A model generated the notes under the pieces. That model made no database searches, was not told where the DNA came from, and was given only the letters and a program-made list of their open reading frames with translations. From a virus (taxonomy: Duplodnaviria; Caudoviricetes): 27,231 nt of DNA. Position numbers and translations under genes: made by a program. The stretch spans positions 1-27,231 of IMG/VR virus record IMGVR_UViG_3300050195_000111; one strand, written 5' to 3'. Position 1 is the first letter of the stretch; each line of letters opens with the position of its first letter. This document shows positions 8,848 to 17,547 of this stretch, in pieces.

Positions 8848-9927
8848 TTAGTCCTTCTTGCCAAGGCGGGCCATGTAGGCCTGATAGGTGTTTTCAGCCG
8901 GTGCGGCATCAGCACGGGGCGCGGGAATGCTTGCGCGCTGGCCAGCCATGGCGGCATCGGCGCGGGTGGCAATCGCCATGTCGAAAGCGGCGGCAACGTA
9001 GTCATCGCTCTTGCCGGTCATGTCAGCATCGGCGCGAACCGACTTGATGACAGCCTCACGCACTTCGCGGTCGGTCTTGCCAGCGCAATCAACGCGGAAA
9101 GGCTCTGCCTGCTTTTCCAGATCGGCGCGGGCCTTCACTTCGGCGCGGGCAGCTTCCAGAGCATCGGAGCGGACCTTTTCAGCGCTGGCCACTTGTTCCG
9201 CCAAGGCGTCACGTTCAGCCGCCACGCGGTCGAGGTTGGATTGCAGGCCATCAGCGCGGGCATTGGCAGCCGAAAGGGCTTCTGCTTGCGCGTTGTAGGC
9301 GTGGATCACTTCAGGGGCGGCCGGATACGATAGGCCGCTATCGAGCCGCAACTGGCCCATGGTATCAGGCATATGATTGTCCTCTTCTGCCGTGGTTAAA
9401 AACGTAGCTGCATCCATCCGCCCAAGGTTCAGGCGGGCATTGCCAGCGCGGCCCTTTTTGACCAGCGCGAGGTGATTGATGCGGGGGTTGCGCTGGATGG
9501 CGTCATACTTCTCGCCGTTCCACTCGCCGGGGGTTTCCTCAAGATCCACCTTGTAGCCAAGGGACAGCTCCGAAACGCCGCCTTTTTCGGCAAGGTCGAT
9601 TGCGTCTGCGTCATGGATGATGATGGGGGCGCGGACGTTATCGCCATCCTGCACACCATCACCCTTGACCACGCCAACAGTCAGCTTCTTAGCGTTAGCC
9701 GCCGTCACCATGCCTTGATGGCCGATAGTGATAGGCTTTCCTGCCATGCTGGCGAGGCTGTCAGCGCTAAATACATCTTCTGGCAAGCGCAGTTCGCGGC
9801 GCTGCGATCCATCAGCGTTGTAATAGGTCTGGATGCCCACGCGGCCCACAATGGGGGTATCGACAAGGTAACCCTCATCTGTCCGTGTGGCGCGCATGGG
9901 CGCTATATCGTAACGGATTGCTTCCAT
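8848..9927 (-). CDS. Prohead protease/scaffold (DUF2213-like)
   Basis: TDEGYL...GRVGIQTY...KPITIGH...ELSLGY...[12 protein letters not shown] motifs plus a coiled-coil C-terminus; start at ATG 9927. Confidence 0.88.
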   Translation of the reverse strand: MEAIRYDIAPMRATRTDEGYLVDTPIVGRVGIQTYYNADGSQRRELRLPEDVFSADSLASMAGKPITIGHQGMVTAANAKKLTVGVVKGDGVQDGDNVRAPIIIHDADAIDLAEKGGVSELSLGYKVDLEETPGEWNGEKYDAIQRNPRINHLALVKKGRAGNARLNLGRMDAATFLTTAEEDNHMPDTMGQLRLDSGLSYPAAPEVIHAYNAQAEALSAANARADGLQSNLDRVAAERDALAEQVASAEKVRSDALEAARAEVKARADLEKQAEPFRVDCAGKTDREVREAVIKSVRADADMTGKSDDYVAAAFDMAIATRADAAMAGQRASIPAPRADAAPAENTYQAYMARLGKKD

Positions 9928-9935
9928 GAGGCGGC

Positions 9936-9964
9936 ACAATACAGAATTGGCACGATGTTTGCAA
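9936..9964 (-). promoter_or_regulatory. sigma70-like promoter, near-leaderless, for protease/capsid genes
   Basis: TTGCAA-N17-TATTGT ending 8 nt before the ATG; no SD. Confidence 0.55.
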
Positions 9965-9992
9965 GGCGCAAGGTTCGTACCAAGTGGCGCGC

Positions 9993-10033
9993 TAAAAAAT
10001 GGCCTCCAGCACTATTTGAGATGGAGGCCATTT
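9993..10033 (-). terminator. Intrinsic terminator after head morphogenesis gene
   Basis: 12-bp inverted repeat AAATGGCCTCCA/TGGAGGCCATTT with a T-run on the minus strand. Confidence 0.75.
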
Positions 10034-10035
10034 AA

Positions 10036-11829
10036 TCAATCTTTCGGCCAAACAGCTTCGGAGCGGCATCGACAATTGTGAATGATTATGGTATCACTCG
10101 AATACCAATGATACGCAGTTTCGAGGTTGTAGACATGATCCGCAGAAAATTCACTGATGCCCTTTTGGACGACGCGCGACGAATGCTGGATGATGGCCGA
10201 GGATGTATCACATTGAAGTCCGTTGCTGAGAAGCTTGGAGTTGATAGCAGTAATCTCTCCCAAATTCTCCGATCTCAAGGATATGTCATCCCTAAGCCTA
10301 CTAAGCTGGAGCATTGCCGCAAACAGTTGCCTATTAACAGTGTTATTTCTGATTACCGAAGCGGGATCAGTGAGCTTGCCCTCTCCAAAAAGTATGGATG
10401 CAGCCGACCTACAATCCGGAGATGTCTTGTTGAGAGTGGAGAAGAAGTCAGAAATGGTAGTGAGGCGAACCTCATCAGAATGAGCCGAATGACCAGCGAA
10501 GAGCGTAAGCAGCTTACAAGCGCCGCTAACAAGGCTTCCCGTGGAATACCAGAGCCTCGAAGCCGCAAGATAAAGCGAGCTATCAACACCGAACTGGGAA
10601 ATGCCATGATTGCTATCGGCCAAGGTGAATATGAGTTTTCCAGCTTGTTGGATAGCAAGGGGATCTCCCATATTCGGCAAAAAGCCGCCGATATCTATAG
10701 TCTCGACTTCGCAATTGGAAGCGTCGCCATTGAACTCAAGGCTGGCCGAGGGGGTAACGGACATGTGGCTAGGGACGTATCGCGAAACCGCGTCAAAAAT
10801 CTGGCCAATCTTGGTTGGCAATGCCTTTATGTCTGTTTCGATAGTGTTGACGCCCTCTTGAGTAGCGCAGATGAGATAATCGCCAACATTGACGCGATCA
10901 ATCGCGACCCAACCACGATTAGTCAATATCGGGTGATTAGCTGTCGCTTCGACAATTTTACCAGTTTCCGTAACAATCTTGGTCAATTCGCCGCGATTAG
11001 TTCTGCGCCAAAGCTTCGAACAACCGTGCGCGTTTTCGATATTTGACCATGAGGGGACGCACCTAACAGGCGTCCCCGGATTGCCATCAGGCGGCGGCTT
11101 ATCCCACGAATAGACCTTGCCGTTATACTCAGCATGTTCCGGCCTTACGCGGTTATCCATCACGCTGCGCCACGTGTATTTCTTCACCCCCACGCTTTCG
11201 AGCCGGTGGCGCGTGAGGCTGGCATTTAACTTGAGCGTTTGATCTTGCGCGATAAGCTTAGCCCGATGCTCCGTCATGGGCCATCGGTCGCGGATTTGCT
11301 TTTGCAGATCCCGCACAGAAGCGCCGTTCATGGTGCCGCGCCGGATGATAGCCTCTAGGTCTTTGGCCAGCTTTTCGGGAACGTCCTTAATCAGCGCGGT
11401 GTTTTCAGCCACCCAGCCCTCCGCAATGGGCTGCAAATAGGCTTCGTCTTGAAAGACGTTCACGCCTAGCAGGCTGGGCCGTTTACCTTGCGGGTTTTTG
11501 GGCGGCAGATCGACGCCAGTGTTGGCCTTAACCACCATGCGGAATTGCGCATGATTGAAATTGGACACCACCTCAAAGCGGCTTGGCAGGGTCTGGATAG
11601 TCGCCGCGCCCATAACACCAGCCACGCGGAGGAATTCAGCAATAAGCCGCGCCAGATCATCGCCCCAGCTATCGAGCCTAGCCTCCCTGCGATAAGCCCC
11701 GACAATATCGCCCACCTTAGGCAGGATGATAGACCCCGAGGCGCGGTTGACCTCACGGGCATAGCGCAACATGGCGCGGGTGTATTCGCGCTCTGCACTG
11801 TCTGGATTGGCGAATAGGGCCTTGGGCAT
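10036..11829 (-). CDS. Head morphogenesis protein (SPP1 gp7/Mu gpF-like), intein-containing precursor
   Basis: RAKLIAQDQ..KLN...YTWRSVMDNRVRPEH motifs. Removing residues 257-585 restores the conserved PGTPVR-CRC end (268 aa). Confidence 0.92.
   Translation of the reverse strand: MPKALFANPDSAEREYTRAMLRYAREVNRASGSIILPKVGDIVGAYRREARLDSWGDDLARLIAEFLRVAGVMGAATIQTLPSRFEVVSNFNHAQFRMVVKANTGVDLPPKNPQGKRPSLLGVNVFQDEAYLQPIAEGWVAENTALIKDVPEKLAKDLEAIIRRGTMNGASVRDLQKQIRDRWPMTEHRAKLIAQDQTLKLNASLTRHRLESVGVKKYTWRSVMDNRVRPEHAEYNGKVYSWDKPPPDGNPGTPVRCVPSWSNIENAHGCSKLWRRTNRGELTKIVTETGKIVEATANHPILTNRGWVAIDRVNVGDYLICATQEGVNTIETDIKALPTKIGQIFDAVSRYVPSHMSVTPSASLEFNGDASNCEVETIDIGGFLPNMGDPLAIQQAGKLIFTLADSNHGISQFGVDSSLYLAASRLWYSTGSLVSGACKLLTLFAGHSAHSDEVRLTTISDFFSTLNKTSPDCRSAASILFGEGKLTDPASVIRNNTVNRQLFAAMLQLSRLRDDISLRSENLGEITAINSKLLSNGLQCDTSSAIIQHSSRVVQKGISEFSADHVYNLETAYHWYSSDTIIIHNCRCRSEAVWPKD
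10075..11061 (-). mobile_element. Intein (329 aa)
   Basis: C1 (CVPSWSNI), block B (ATANHPILTNRGWV...VGDYL), block F (VYNLET), terminal HN followed by extein Cys. Confidence 0.92.
10135..11046 (+). CDS. Antisense intein-internal HTH + DUF559/Vsr-like endonuclease
   Basis: GAGGT 7 nt before ATG 10135. HTH-like TLKSVAEKLGVDSSNLSQIL and SELALSKKYGCSRPTIRRCL, then E.EF..LL...GI...RQ....YSLDFAI..VAIEL...L...GW..L.V. Confidence 0.78.
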   Translation: MIRRKFTDALLDDARRMLDDGRGCITLKSVAEKLGVDSSNLSQILRSQGYVIPKPTKLEHCRKQLPINSVISDYRSGISELALSKKYGCSRPTIRRCLVESGEEVRNGSEANLIRMSRMTSEERKQLTSAANKASRGIPEPRSRKIKRAINTELGNAMIAIGQGEYEFSSLLDSKGISHIRQKAADIYSLDFAIGSVAIELKAGRGGNGHVARDVSRNRVKNLANLGWQCLYVCFDSVDALLSSADEIIANIDAINRDPTTISQYRVISCRFDNFTSFRNNLGQFAAISSAPKLRTTVRVFDI

Positions 11830-13235
11830 TAATCGCCCTCGCCTTCCATCACATCTCCACCTTCGCCGCCATCTTCCGGCAAGGGTCCGCCTTCAAGCGG
11901 CATGGGGTCAATCTCGTATTCCTCTGCGATCTTGGCCCGCACCTCGCTAGGGTCAAGCGCCTGCATGGTGACATAAACGCTAGCCGTGTCGGCCTTTAGC
12001 TTGTGGGCTTCCATGTCCAGTTTAAAAACCTCGGCCTTTTCCTTATCAGACGGCACCCAAAGCGGGCAGAACTTGATCAGGTAATCAGGCTGGAACTTGC
12101 CCATGCTGTAGAGCACAATCTCCACCAGCCTATCAAGCGGCTTCACGAGCTTTCGCGCCTGCATCTGCCCGATATTAGCATACCAGTTTTCCAGCGCGCC
12201 CGCCCCGTTGTTGGATAGGCCGGTCTGCTGTTTACCCAAGAGCAAGGTTTCGGGGATGCCGGTGACAGCGCTCAAAGCCTGCCCGAAGCGGTCAATCAGA
12301 TCAGGGACGCCCGTGCTAGTCAGGCTCTTGATGTCGTATGCCTCGCCGTCTGCGTCGATGGTGACGGTGTTATTGACGGAGCGGGACATGTCGACGAGGT
12401 TGATGCGCTCACGAACGGCATTCTCGCCGTCTTTGGTGCGCAAGAGCTGGCCTAGCCCCTTGATGCTATGCACCGCCTGCTGGCTGCGCTCTAGCAAGGC
12501 ATTGGCCCAGTAGTGCGACATACCCAGCCGCATGATTTGATCGTAGCAGGATTGCAGCACAGAACCTCCCCAGCCGTCATTTGTCTCGCGGCGGCGGATG
12601 GGCACAGGGTCTCCGTCAAAAATCAGGCACCGGCTTTCGTGGACCTCATAGGGGGTAGACGCCACGCCGGATAGGTTGGGGGTGATGCGGTAGGTCTTTA
12701 CGTCACCATAGCGCATATCCATGGGGTTGTCGTAATACGTGGCGCGGGTTGCGGCCCATCGATCATAGACCCGCAGGCGCTCAATCTTCTTGGCCTTCTC
12801 GATGTTGAGCGGCTCTCGCAGGTCTTGCGCGCCATCATCCACTAGCATCACGATAAGCGCCCCGCCATAAAGGCCAGCCCATCGGCAAGCGGTGGCTAAG
12901 GCTTCCATCGTGCCAATGCCTTCTAGGATGCTCTCCACATCCTCGGCAACCTGTTCATCCAGCCCATCGATCTCGTAACCGGCCCGCGTCATTTCGTCCG
13001 CCGGAAGATCCACAATGCGTCGCGCAAAGCCGTTACCCTCGTAAAGAGCCTCTAGCTGCTGCTGCATCATGGGCGCGGTGATGACTGGCGTGTTGTATGC
13101 TGTCCGGTCGCGGGCGTTACCGACGTTCAGGAACACATTGGCATAGCCGCCGTCTGTGCGGGTTACGTCAACCGCGTCTGTGCGGATAGCATCCTTGCGC
13201 GGGCGGCCTCGTGGGTTTCCGGTCGGCTTGGTCAT
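11829..13235 (-). CDS. Portal protein (DUF1073-like)
   Basis: LY..NGFARRIVDLPADEMTR, WAGLYGG, VHESR, GWGGSVL and GIPETLLLG motifs; follows TerL. Confidence 0.9.
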   Translation of the reverse strand: MTKPTGNPRGRPRKDAIRTDAVDVTRTDGGYANVFLNVGNARDRTAYNTPVITAPMMQQQLEALYEGNGFARRIVDLPADEMTRAGYEIDGLDEQVAEDVESILEGIGTMEALATACRWAGLYGGALIVMLVDDGAQDLREPLNIEKAKKIERLRVYDRWAATRATYYDNPMDMRYGDVKTYRITPNLSGVASTPYEVHESRCLIFDGDPVPIRRRETNDGWGGSVLQSCYDQIMRLGMSHYWANALLERSQQAVHSIKGLGQLLRTKDGENAVRERINLVDMSRSVNNTVTIDADGEAYDIKSLTSTGVPDLIDRFGQALSAVTGIPETLLLGKQQTGLSNNGAGALENWYANIGQMQARKLVKPLDRLVEIVLYSMGKFQPDYLIKFCPLWVPSDKEKAEVFKLDMEAHKLKADTASVYVTMQALDPSEVRAKIAEEYEIDPMPLEGGPLPEDGGEGGDVMEGEGD

Positions 13236-13297
13236 AAAATCCCCTTTTTCTGCATCCGTTTTATCAGAAAATGGGGTTTATGCAAATACCATGCCAG

Positions 13298-14689
13298 TTA
13301 TAGCAATCCAGCCAGCCAGCTTGTTTGCGGCTCGTCAAAGGCCATCACAAGGCCATCGGCGAGGTTGTGCGATGGAATGCCGCGCTTCTTCAAATCCGCC
13401 TTGCTCTCCACCTTTTCCTTGCCATTCACAGTCTCTTTGCGCGGAGCGGTCAATTCGCCCCGAAGCTTTTCCAGCATGGGCAAGCCAGACGGCAGGCTGA
13501 TTAGCTTGTCAGGATCGAATTGCAGGCCATTGCGCGCTTTCCACGTATTCTCGAACCTGTCGGCCAGTTTGCGCCAGCCTTGGGCTTTAAGGTTATAGAA
13601 CATGTCCCCGTTGGTCTTGCCGTCCCGATATTCCAAATCAGGGTTGCTTGGCCCCTCGCTGGCGGTCCATCCCGAGAACGTCATGGGCGGTGTTTTGTGA
13701 TTGTCCGACAATGCCGCACTATGCAGGCGGCGCATTTCACCGCACACAGACGCGCCTACGCCGATGTCATCCGCGTTTATGTGATCCAGCCCATTGCGTA
13801 GGGCAATCTCAAACACTCGGCCAGCGGCTGCATTGGGGTCGTCATCATGCCATTCCTCTAGGCCTTCAACAACGCAACCATGCCGCCACAGGAATGCGTT
13901 GGGGTCGTTAGCCTTGGTGGCTGTTACCTTACCATCCACACCGCCAGAGACGTCAAAGCCGCCTGTCCTCCCCCCGCCCATGGGAAAGTCGTCAATCTCT
14001 ATGTGCGCGTCTATCGCAGCATCCACCCACTTACCCTTGATGATCGAATTATCATCAGACGATAGCGGGATACCAAGATAGATGTGCCGATATGCCTCCG
14101 GATCGGCCAGTTTAAGCCGCTCCGCCTTTTCCCGCGCCGTGGTGGAGAGAAATGGGTTTTCGGTGTAATTGATATGCCGAATGATGCAGCTATCGCCTAG
14201 CAGGTCGGGCAACTTGGCTTGCACAAAGTCTGTCTTGAGCTGGGGGTTCCACAATACCCAGACCTCCGCATTTTCCTTGCGGATTGTGGGGTCGATAATG
14301 CCCCATTGATCCTCTGTCAAGGCTTCGCCTTCCTCAATCCAGCAAATGTCTACGCCTTCTGTGCCCTTAATATCCTCAATGTTGCGGGCGATGCCGTAAA
14401 ACAGAAAATCAGAGCCAGTCTCTTTATGCTGGATGGATGAAACGCCTATTTCGAACTCATCCTGCCAGCCTGCCTCGATGATCTTGTTTTTGATGACAGT
14501 ATAAACGCTATCGGTGATGCGGTTCTGGAACTGGCGAATGCACAAGAACCTAAGCGTATAGGTGCGCGCAAGGTATGCCGCCATGCCGCCAGCGTCCTGC
14601 GTCTTAGACGAAAACCGCCCGCCCTTTAGGAGCTTGTATGGCTTTTGGGTTGTCCAAAAATCGCGGAGGTTAGGGTTTAGCTGATACAT
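13298..14689 (-). CDS. terL: Terminase large subunit (PBSX-like)
   Basis: Walker A GGRFSSKT, Walker B ICWIEEGE, PTIRK, and nuclease GFDV...SHNLADG. Confidence 0.95.
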   Translation of the reverse strand: MYQLNPNLRDFWTTQKPYKLLKGGRFSSKTQDAGGMAAYLARTYTLRFLCIRQFQNRITDSVYTVIKNKIIEAGWQDEFEIGVSSIQHKETGSDFLFYGIARNIEDIKGTEGVDICWIEEGEALTEDQWGIIDPTIRKENAEVWVLWNPQLKTDFVQAKLPDLLGDSCIIRHINYTENPFLSTTAREKAERLKLADPEAYRHIYLGIPLSSDDNSIIKGKWVDAAIDAHIEIDDFPMGGGRTGGFDVSGGVDGKVTATKANDPNAFLWRHGCVVEGLEEWHDDDPNAAAGRVFEIALRNGLDHINADDIGVGASVCGEMRRLHSAALSDNHKTPPMTFSGWTASEGPSNPDLEYRDGKTNGDMFYNLKAQGWRKLADRFENTWKARNGLQFDPDKLISLPSGLPMLEKLRGELTAPRKETVNGKEKVESKADLKKRGIPSHNLADGLVMAFDEPQTSWLAGLL

Positions 14690-15068
14690 CGCGATAGAAG
14701 TCGCTAAGCCCCGATCCCTTAGGCGTCATACTGCCATCGCTGCTTGTGTGGTCAATCTCGCGTTTCTCGCGCCATTCTTCAGGAGCGGCATTCTTCAGCG
14801 CGAAAATGCGGGAGGTAACCAGCGGGCCGCTTTCAGCCAGCATAAGGTCTCCTTCCAGCTTCATGGTGCGCTTACCCTTGGCGACCTTTATAGCTAAGGA
14901 AAATTCAGGGTGGACATTCATCCATTCCAGAATGGTGTCACGCGCCACCCCGATATAACCGGCGAATGCGGCGATAGAATACCCCTGCCCCATGAAGTCA
15001 ATGACCTCATTGCAATAGGCTGGCTTGTATTTGCTGGGCCGTCCGATTGGGTTGGGGGTATCAGTCAT
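14670..15068 (-). CDS. terS: Terminase small subunit
   Basis: GRPSKY, HTH (IGVARDTILEW..HPEF), IFALKN...W; overlaps the TerL start. Confidence 0.88.
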   Translation of the reverse strand: MTDTPNPIGRPSKYKPAYCNEVIDFMGQGYSIAAFAGYIGVARDTILEWMNVHPEFSLAIKVAKGKRTMKLEGDLMLAESGPLVTSRIFALKNAAPEEWREKREIDHTSSDGSMTPKGSGLSDFYRDVSAKP

Positions 15069-15070
15069 GG

Positions 15071-15232
15071 TTATGTTTTAGGCGATTGTGTGGGATTAGA
15101 CAAGCCTTCGCTTTTCCCTGACCAGTTCATGATGATGTTGACCTTAGTGCTTTTGGGAAACACTTTCATGATCACCCATAGCACCGCCACCATCATCCTC
15201 CACCCTAGCGCCCATCGTAATTGCGCTATCAT
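15071..15232 (-). CDS. Small hypothetical protein (53 aa, hydrophobic N-terminus)
   Basis: Not in track. ATGA overlap with the upstream gene; MIAQLRWALGWRMMVAVLWVIMKVF... Confidence 0.4.
   Translation of the reverse strand: MIAQLRWALGWRMMVAVLWVIMKVFPKSTKVNIIMNWSGKSEGLSNPTQSPKT
15075..15103 (-). promoter_or_regulatory. sigma70-like leaderless promoter of terS
   Basis: TTGTCT-N17-TAAAAC ending 6 nt before the ATG; no SD. Confidence 0.5.
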
Positions 15233-15630
15233 GCCGCCTTATCCTTGAGATAGATGCGCCAGATGCCTAAACGCCCTTCCGATTTGGATGAAAAGTCAGC
15301 ATAGGCACGATAAGACCATACCCCTTGATGTGGCTTGCCGTCTTCAACAGCGTTTACATACAAATCAGGCTCCCTGCCCATGCGGGAAACCTTAGGACCA
15401 TATGCGTGATGATCGGCGGGGAGGCGGTAGGAGGTGATGTCGATTGATGGGTTTTCCTCAAAATGAGGCCAATCATCAGCCGAATATTCGTCTAACAAGC
15501 CAATCATACCATCGCAGTATGTCACCTCAATTCGACCATGGCCCCCATAAGGAAACACCGCCGGATAATGCGTTCCATCAGGCGCTGTGTAGCCGTGGGG
15601 GTTGTGGGGGATTGCTGGGCCAAATTCCAT
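15229..15630 (-). CDS. Hypothetical protein
   Basis: AAGGAG RBS, 133 aa, in operon orientation. Confidence 0.7.
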   Translation of the reverse strand: MEFGPAIPHNPHGYTAPDGTHYPAVFPYGGHGRIEVTYCDGMIGLLDEYSADDWPHFEENPSIDITSYRLPADHHAYGPKVSRMGREPDLYVNAVEDGKPHQGVWSYRAYADFSSKSEGRLGIWRIYLKDKAA

Positions 15631-15655
15631 CGGGGATCTCCTTGCAGGGGTCTAA

Positions 15656-15925
15656 TGCCTAGGATGTTATCGCTATCCGTGTTAGCGCACGGCCTAGGCA
15701 CAGCGGTCAGGCTCACGATGGGAAAAAGCACAACAAAACCCATCGCGCCGACTGCCGGTGTTTTAAGCCACCTCCGGCTGGGCTTCCCCTTGGTGCGACC
15801 CGAGGGCTAACTGTTTGGGTGGCAGCGATGGAGACGGATTAGCCGCTATGCGGGGTCCGCTAGTCCTTGAGCGCCGCCCCCTACCCACCTTCCGACCGGT
15901 TAAAGACCAATCCTACCAGTGGGTA
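15656..15925 (-). ncRNA. Candidate structured intergenic RNA (hairpin array)
   Basis: At least five inverted-repeat stems in an apparently non-coding gap; G-U pairing favours the minus strand. Confidence 0.4.
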
Positions 15926-15930
15926 ATTTA

Positions 15931-16243
<313 letters not shown>

Positions 16244-16251
<8 letters not shown>

Positions 16252-16621
16252 TATGCACCGCCTGAGCGCGAATGATACGCTCCGCTTCTGCGCTGCACTG
16301 GATGACTTCGCAGTTTTCGGTAAGCGTCAAACGCTCAACAGGTGCGGAAAGCTTGCTATCCTCATGCACACCGGCAAGAGCAATCGCGTTTAGGAAGTCG
16401 CCATTTCCAGCCACCTTCCAATACCAGAGGCGGCGGCTTTCGGTCAGGGTGCATTCGCGCCCATTGGTGCTTTCCAAAACACCCGCATGGACGCCAGCAT
16501 CACGGCAACGCACGATCACATACTTGCCGATCATGGGGTTTGCCTGCGATTTGGTTTCTTGCGCGCCAAACATGGCCGCAATTTGCTTCAACTGTTCATA
16601 GGTCAGATCATCAATGTTCAT
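16244..16621 (-). CDS. DUF6948-like phage protein
   Basis: IGKYVIVRCRDAGVHAGVL...SRRLWYW motif; start re-called at ATG 16621 after GAAGGA. Confidence 0.75.
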
Positions 16622-16737
16622 TGGCTTATCCTTCGGGGGCCGGGGGTCAAATGGCGCGAGACGGACCCCCGTCACATCCCGCGCCGCTCGTCGGTTAAGA
16701 CTAGCTGATTATGGTTTGCCTGATTAGGCTGGGGTGG

Positions 16738-17010
16738 TCAAGACGTTCTGATGCACCATACATCGCCGTAATCGTCTGTGCGGATGCAGTATTGCGGACC
16801 GCCTCGTTTGTTCCTGCGGCTGATGTTTGCAGCGATTGCGTTACGCTTGCGTGGCGGGACTAAAAATCTATCCCCCGCCAGCATGGAAGAAAATCCCCAC
16901 TCTGGCGGTCGCTTACTAGACCGTGGCTGATAGCGTGGGGGAATTGCAGGGTCCATGGGGATATCCATTGTGGGGCCGAATCCCCTTGGGTTATCGGGCT
17001 GCGCGTTCAC
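16738..17010 (-). CDS. Hypothetical small basic protein
   Basis: F..M..GD.F.VP...V.CIR pattern resembling small phage DNA-binding proteins; start uncertain. Confidence 0.55.
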   Translation of the reverse strand: MNAQPDNPRGFGPTMDIPMDPAIPPRYQPRSSKRPPEWGFSSMLAGDRFLVPPRKRNAIAANISRRNKRGGPQYCIRTDDYGDVWCIRTS

Positions 17011-17167
17011 GAAGGTAGCGCTTAATGGCTTTCATGCGGCGTTCGCGGGCATGTTCTGCCAAGCGCTGATCTGCCACTTCGTTGCTTACAGTGTGGATCG
17101 CGGTCCAATTAGCAGCGTTCTGGCTGATGGTTTGGGCAGTCTGTTGCGTTGCGAAGCAGTTGGTCAT
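16991..17167 (-). CDS. Hypothetical protein (58 aa)
   Basis: Not in track. MTNCFATQQ...RRMKAIKRYLRERAAR; GGAAGGA RBS and a promoter directly upstream. Confidence 0.6.
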   Translation of the reverse strand: MTNCFATQQTAQTISQNAANWTAIHTVSNEVADQRLAEHARERRMKAIKRYLRERAAR

Positions 17168-17195
17168 TTCCGTATCCTTCCGTTCTTATGCCCCC

Positions 17196-17223
17196 ATATT
17201 AACACCATCGCCTGACTGGTCAA
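17196..17223 (-). promoter_or_regulatory. sigma70-like promoter
   Basis: TTGACC-N16-TAATAT with extended -10 TG. Confidence 0.55.
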
Positions 17224-17250
17224 CAGTTAATTTGCGCCTCGGCTGATTTT

Positions 17251-17475
17251 TTATTCACCCTGCAAAACTTCGGTCAATTTCTGGCAATAATGCGCGGCCT
17301 TGGCAGCGTTTTGCAGAGGTGTGTCTTTGTCGTTCAGGCGCATGAGGTATTTGAGCGCATTACCGCGATAATAGGCTACCCGCTCTGCCATCGGCCGTGT
17401 GCCCACAATATCCCATGGCTGGATTGCCATTTGCTTGTAATGGTCCCCGCCCTCTTGGCGTTCCGATGCTTTCAC
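17251..17475 (-). CDS. DUF3310-like protein
   Basis: QEGGDHYK...IQPWD...GNALKYLMR...K motif; GTG start after GGAG. Confidence 0.8.
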   Translation of the reverse strand: MKASERQEGGDHYKQMAIQPWDIVGTRPMAERVAYYRGNALKYLMRLNDKDTPLQNAAKAAHYCQKLTEVLQGE

Positions 17476-17547
17476 CGTTATTCTCCGTTTTAAGCCGTTA
17501 TGCGCCACCAACCATCCTAGGGTAGCGCATAACTCGATTTACGCGCT

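Noticed and set aside
7422-9333. Long plus-strand ORFs (324 and 299 aa) opposite capsid/protease genes
   Set aside because: Shadow frames of GC-rich genes with no domain-like sequence. They show that antisense ORF length alone is not evidence, so the intein ORF claim rests on its motifs and RBS.
10200-10850. In-frame LAGLIDADG/HNH domain in the intein
   Set aside because: No such motifs are visible in the minus-strand translation.
11829-13235. Anti-CBASS Acb1 label sometimes attached to DUF1073 proteins
   Set aside because: Size, motifs and position indicate a portal, and I see no phosphoesterase HxT pair.
15640-15930. tRNA gene
   Set aside because: No TTC-containing T-loop or cloverleaf recognised.
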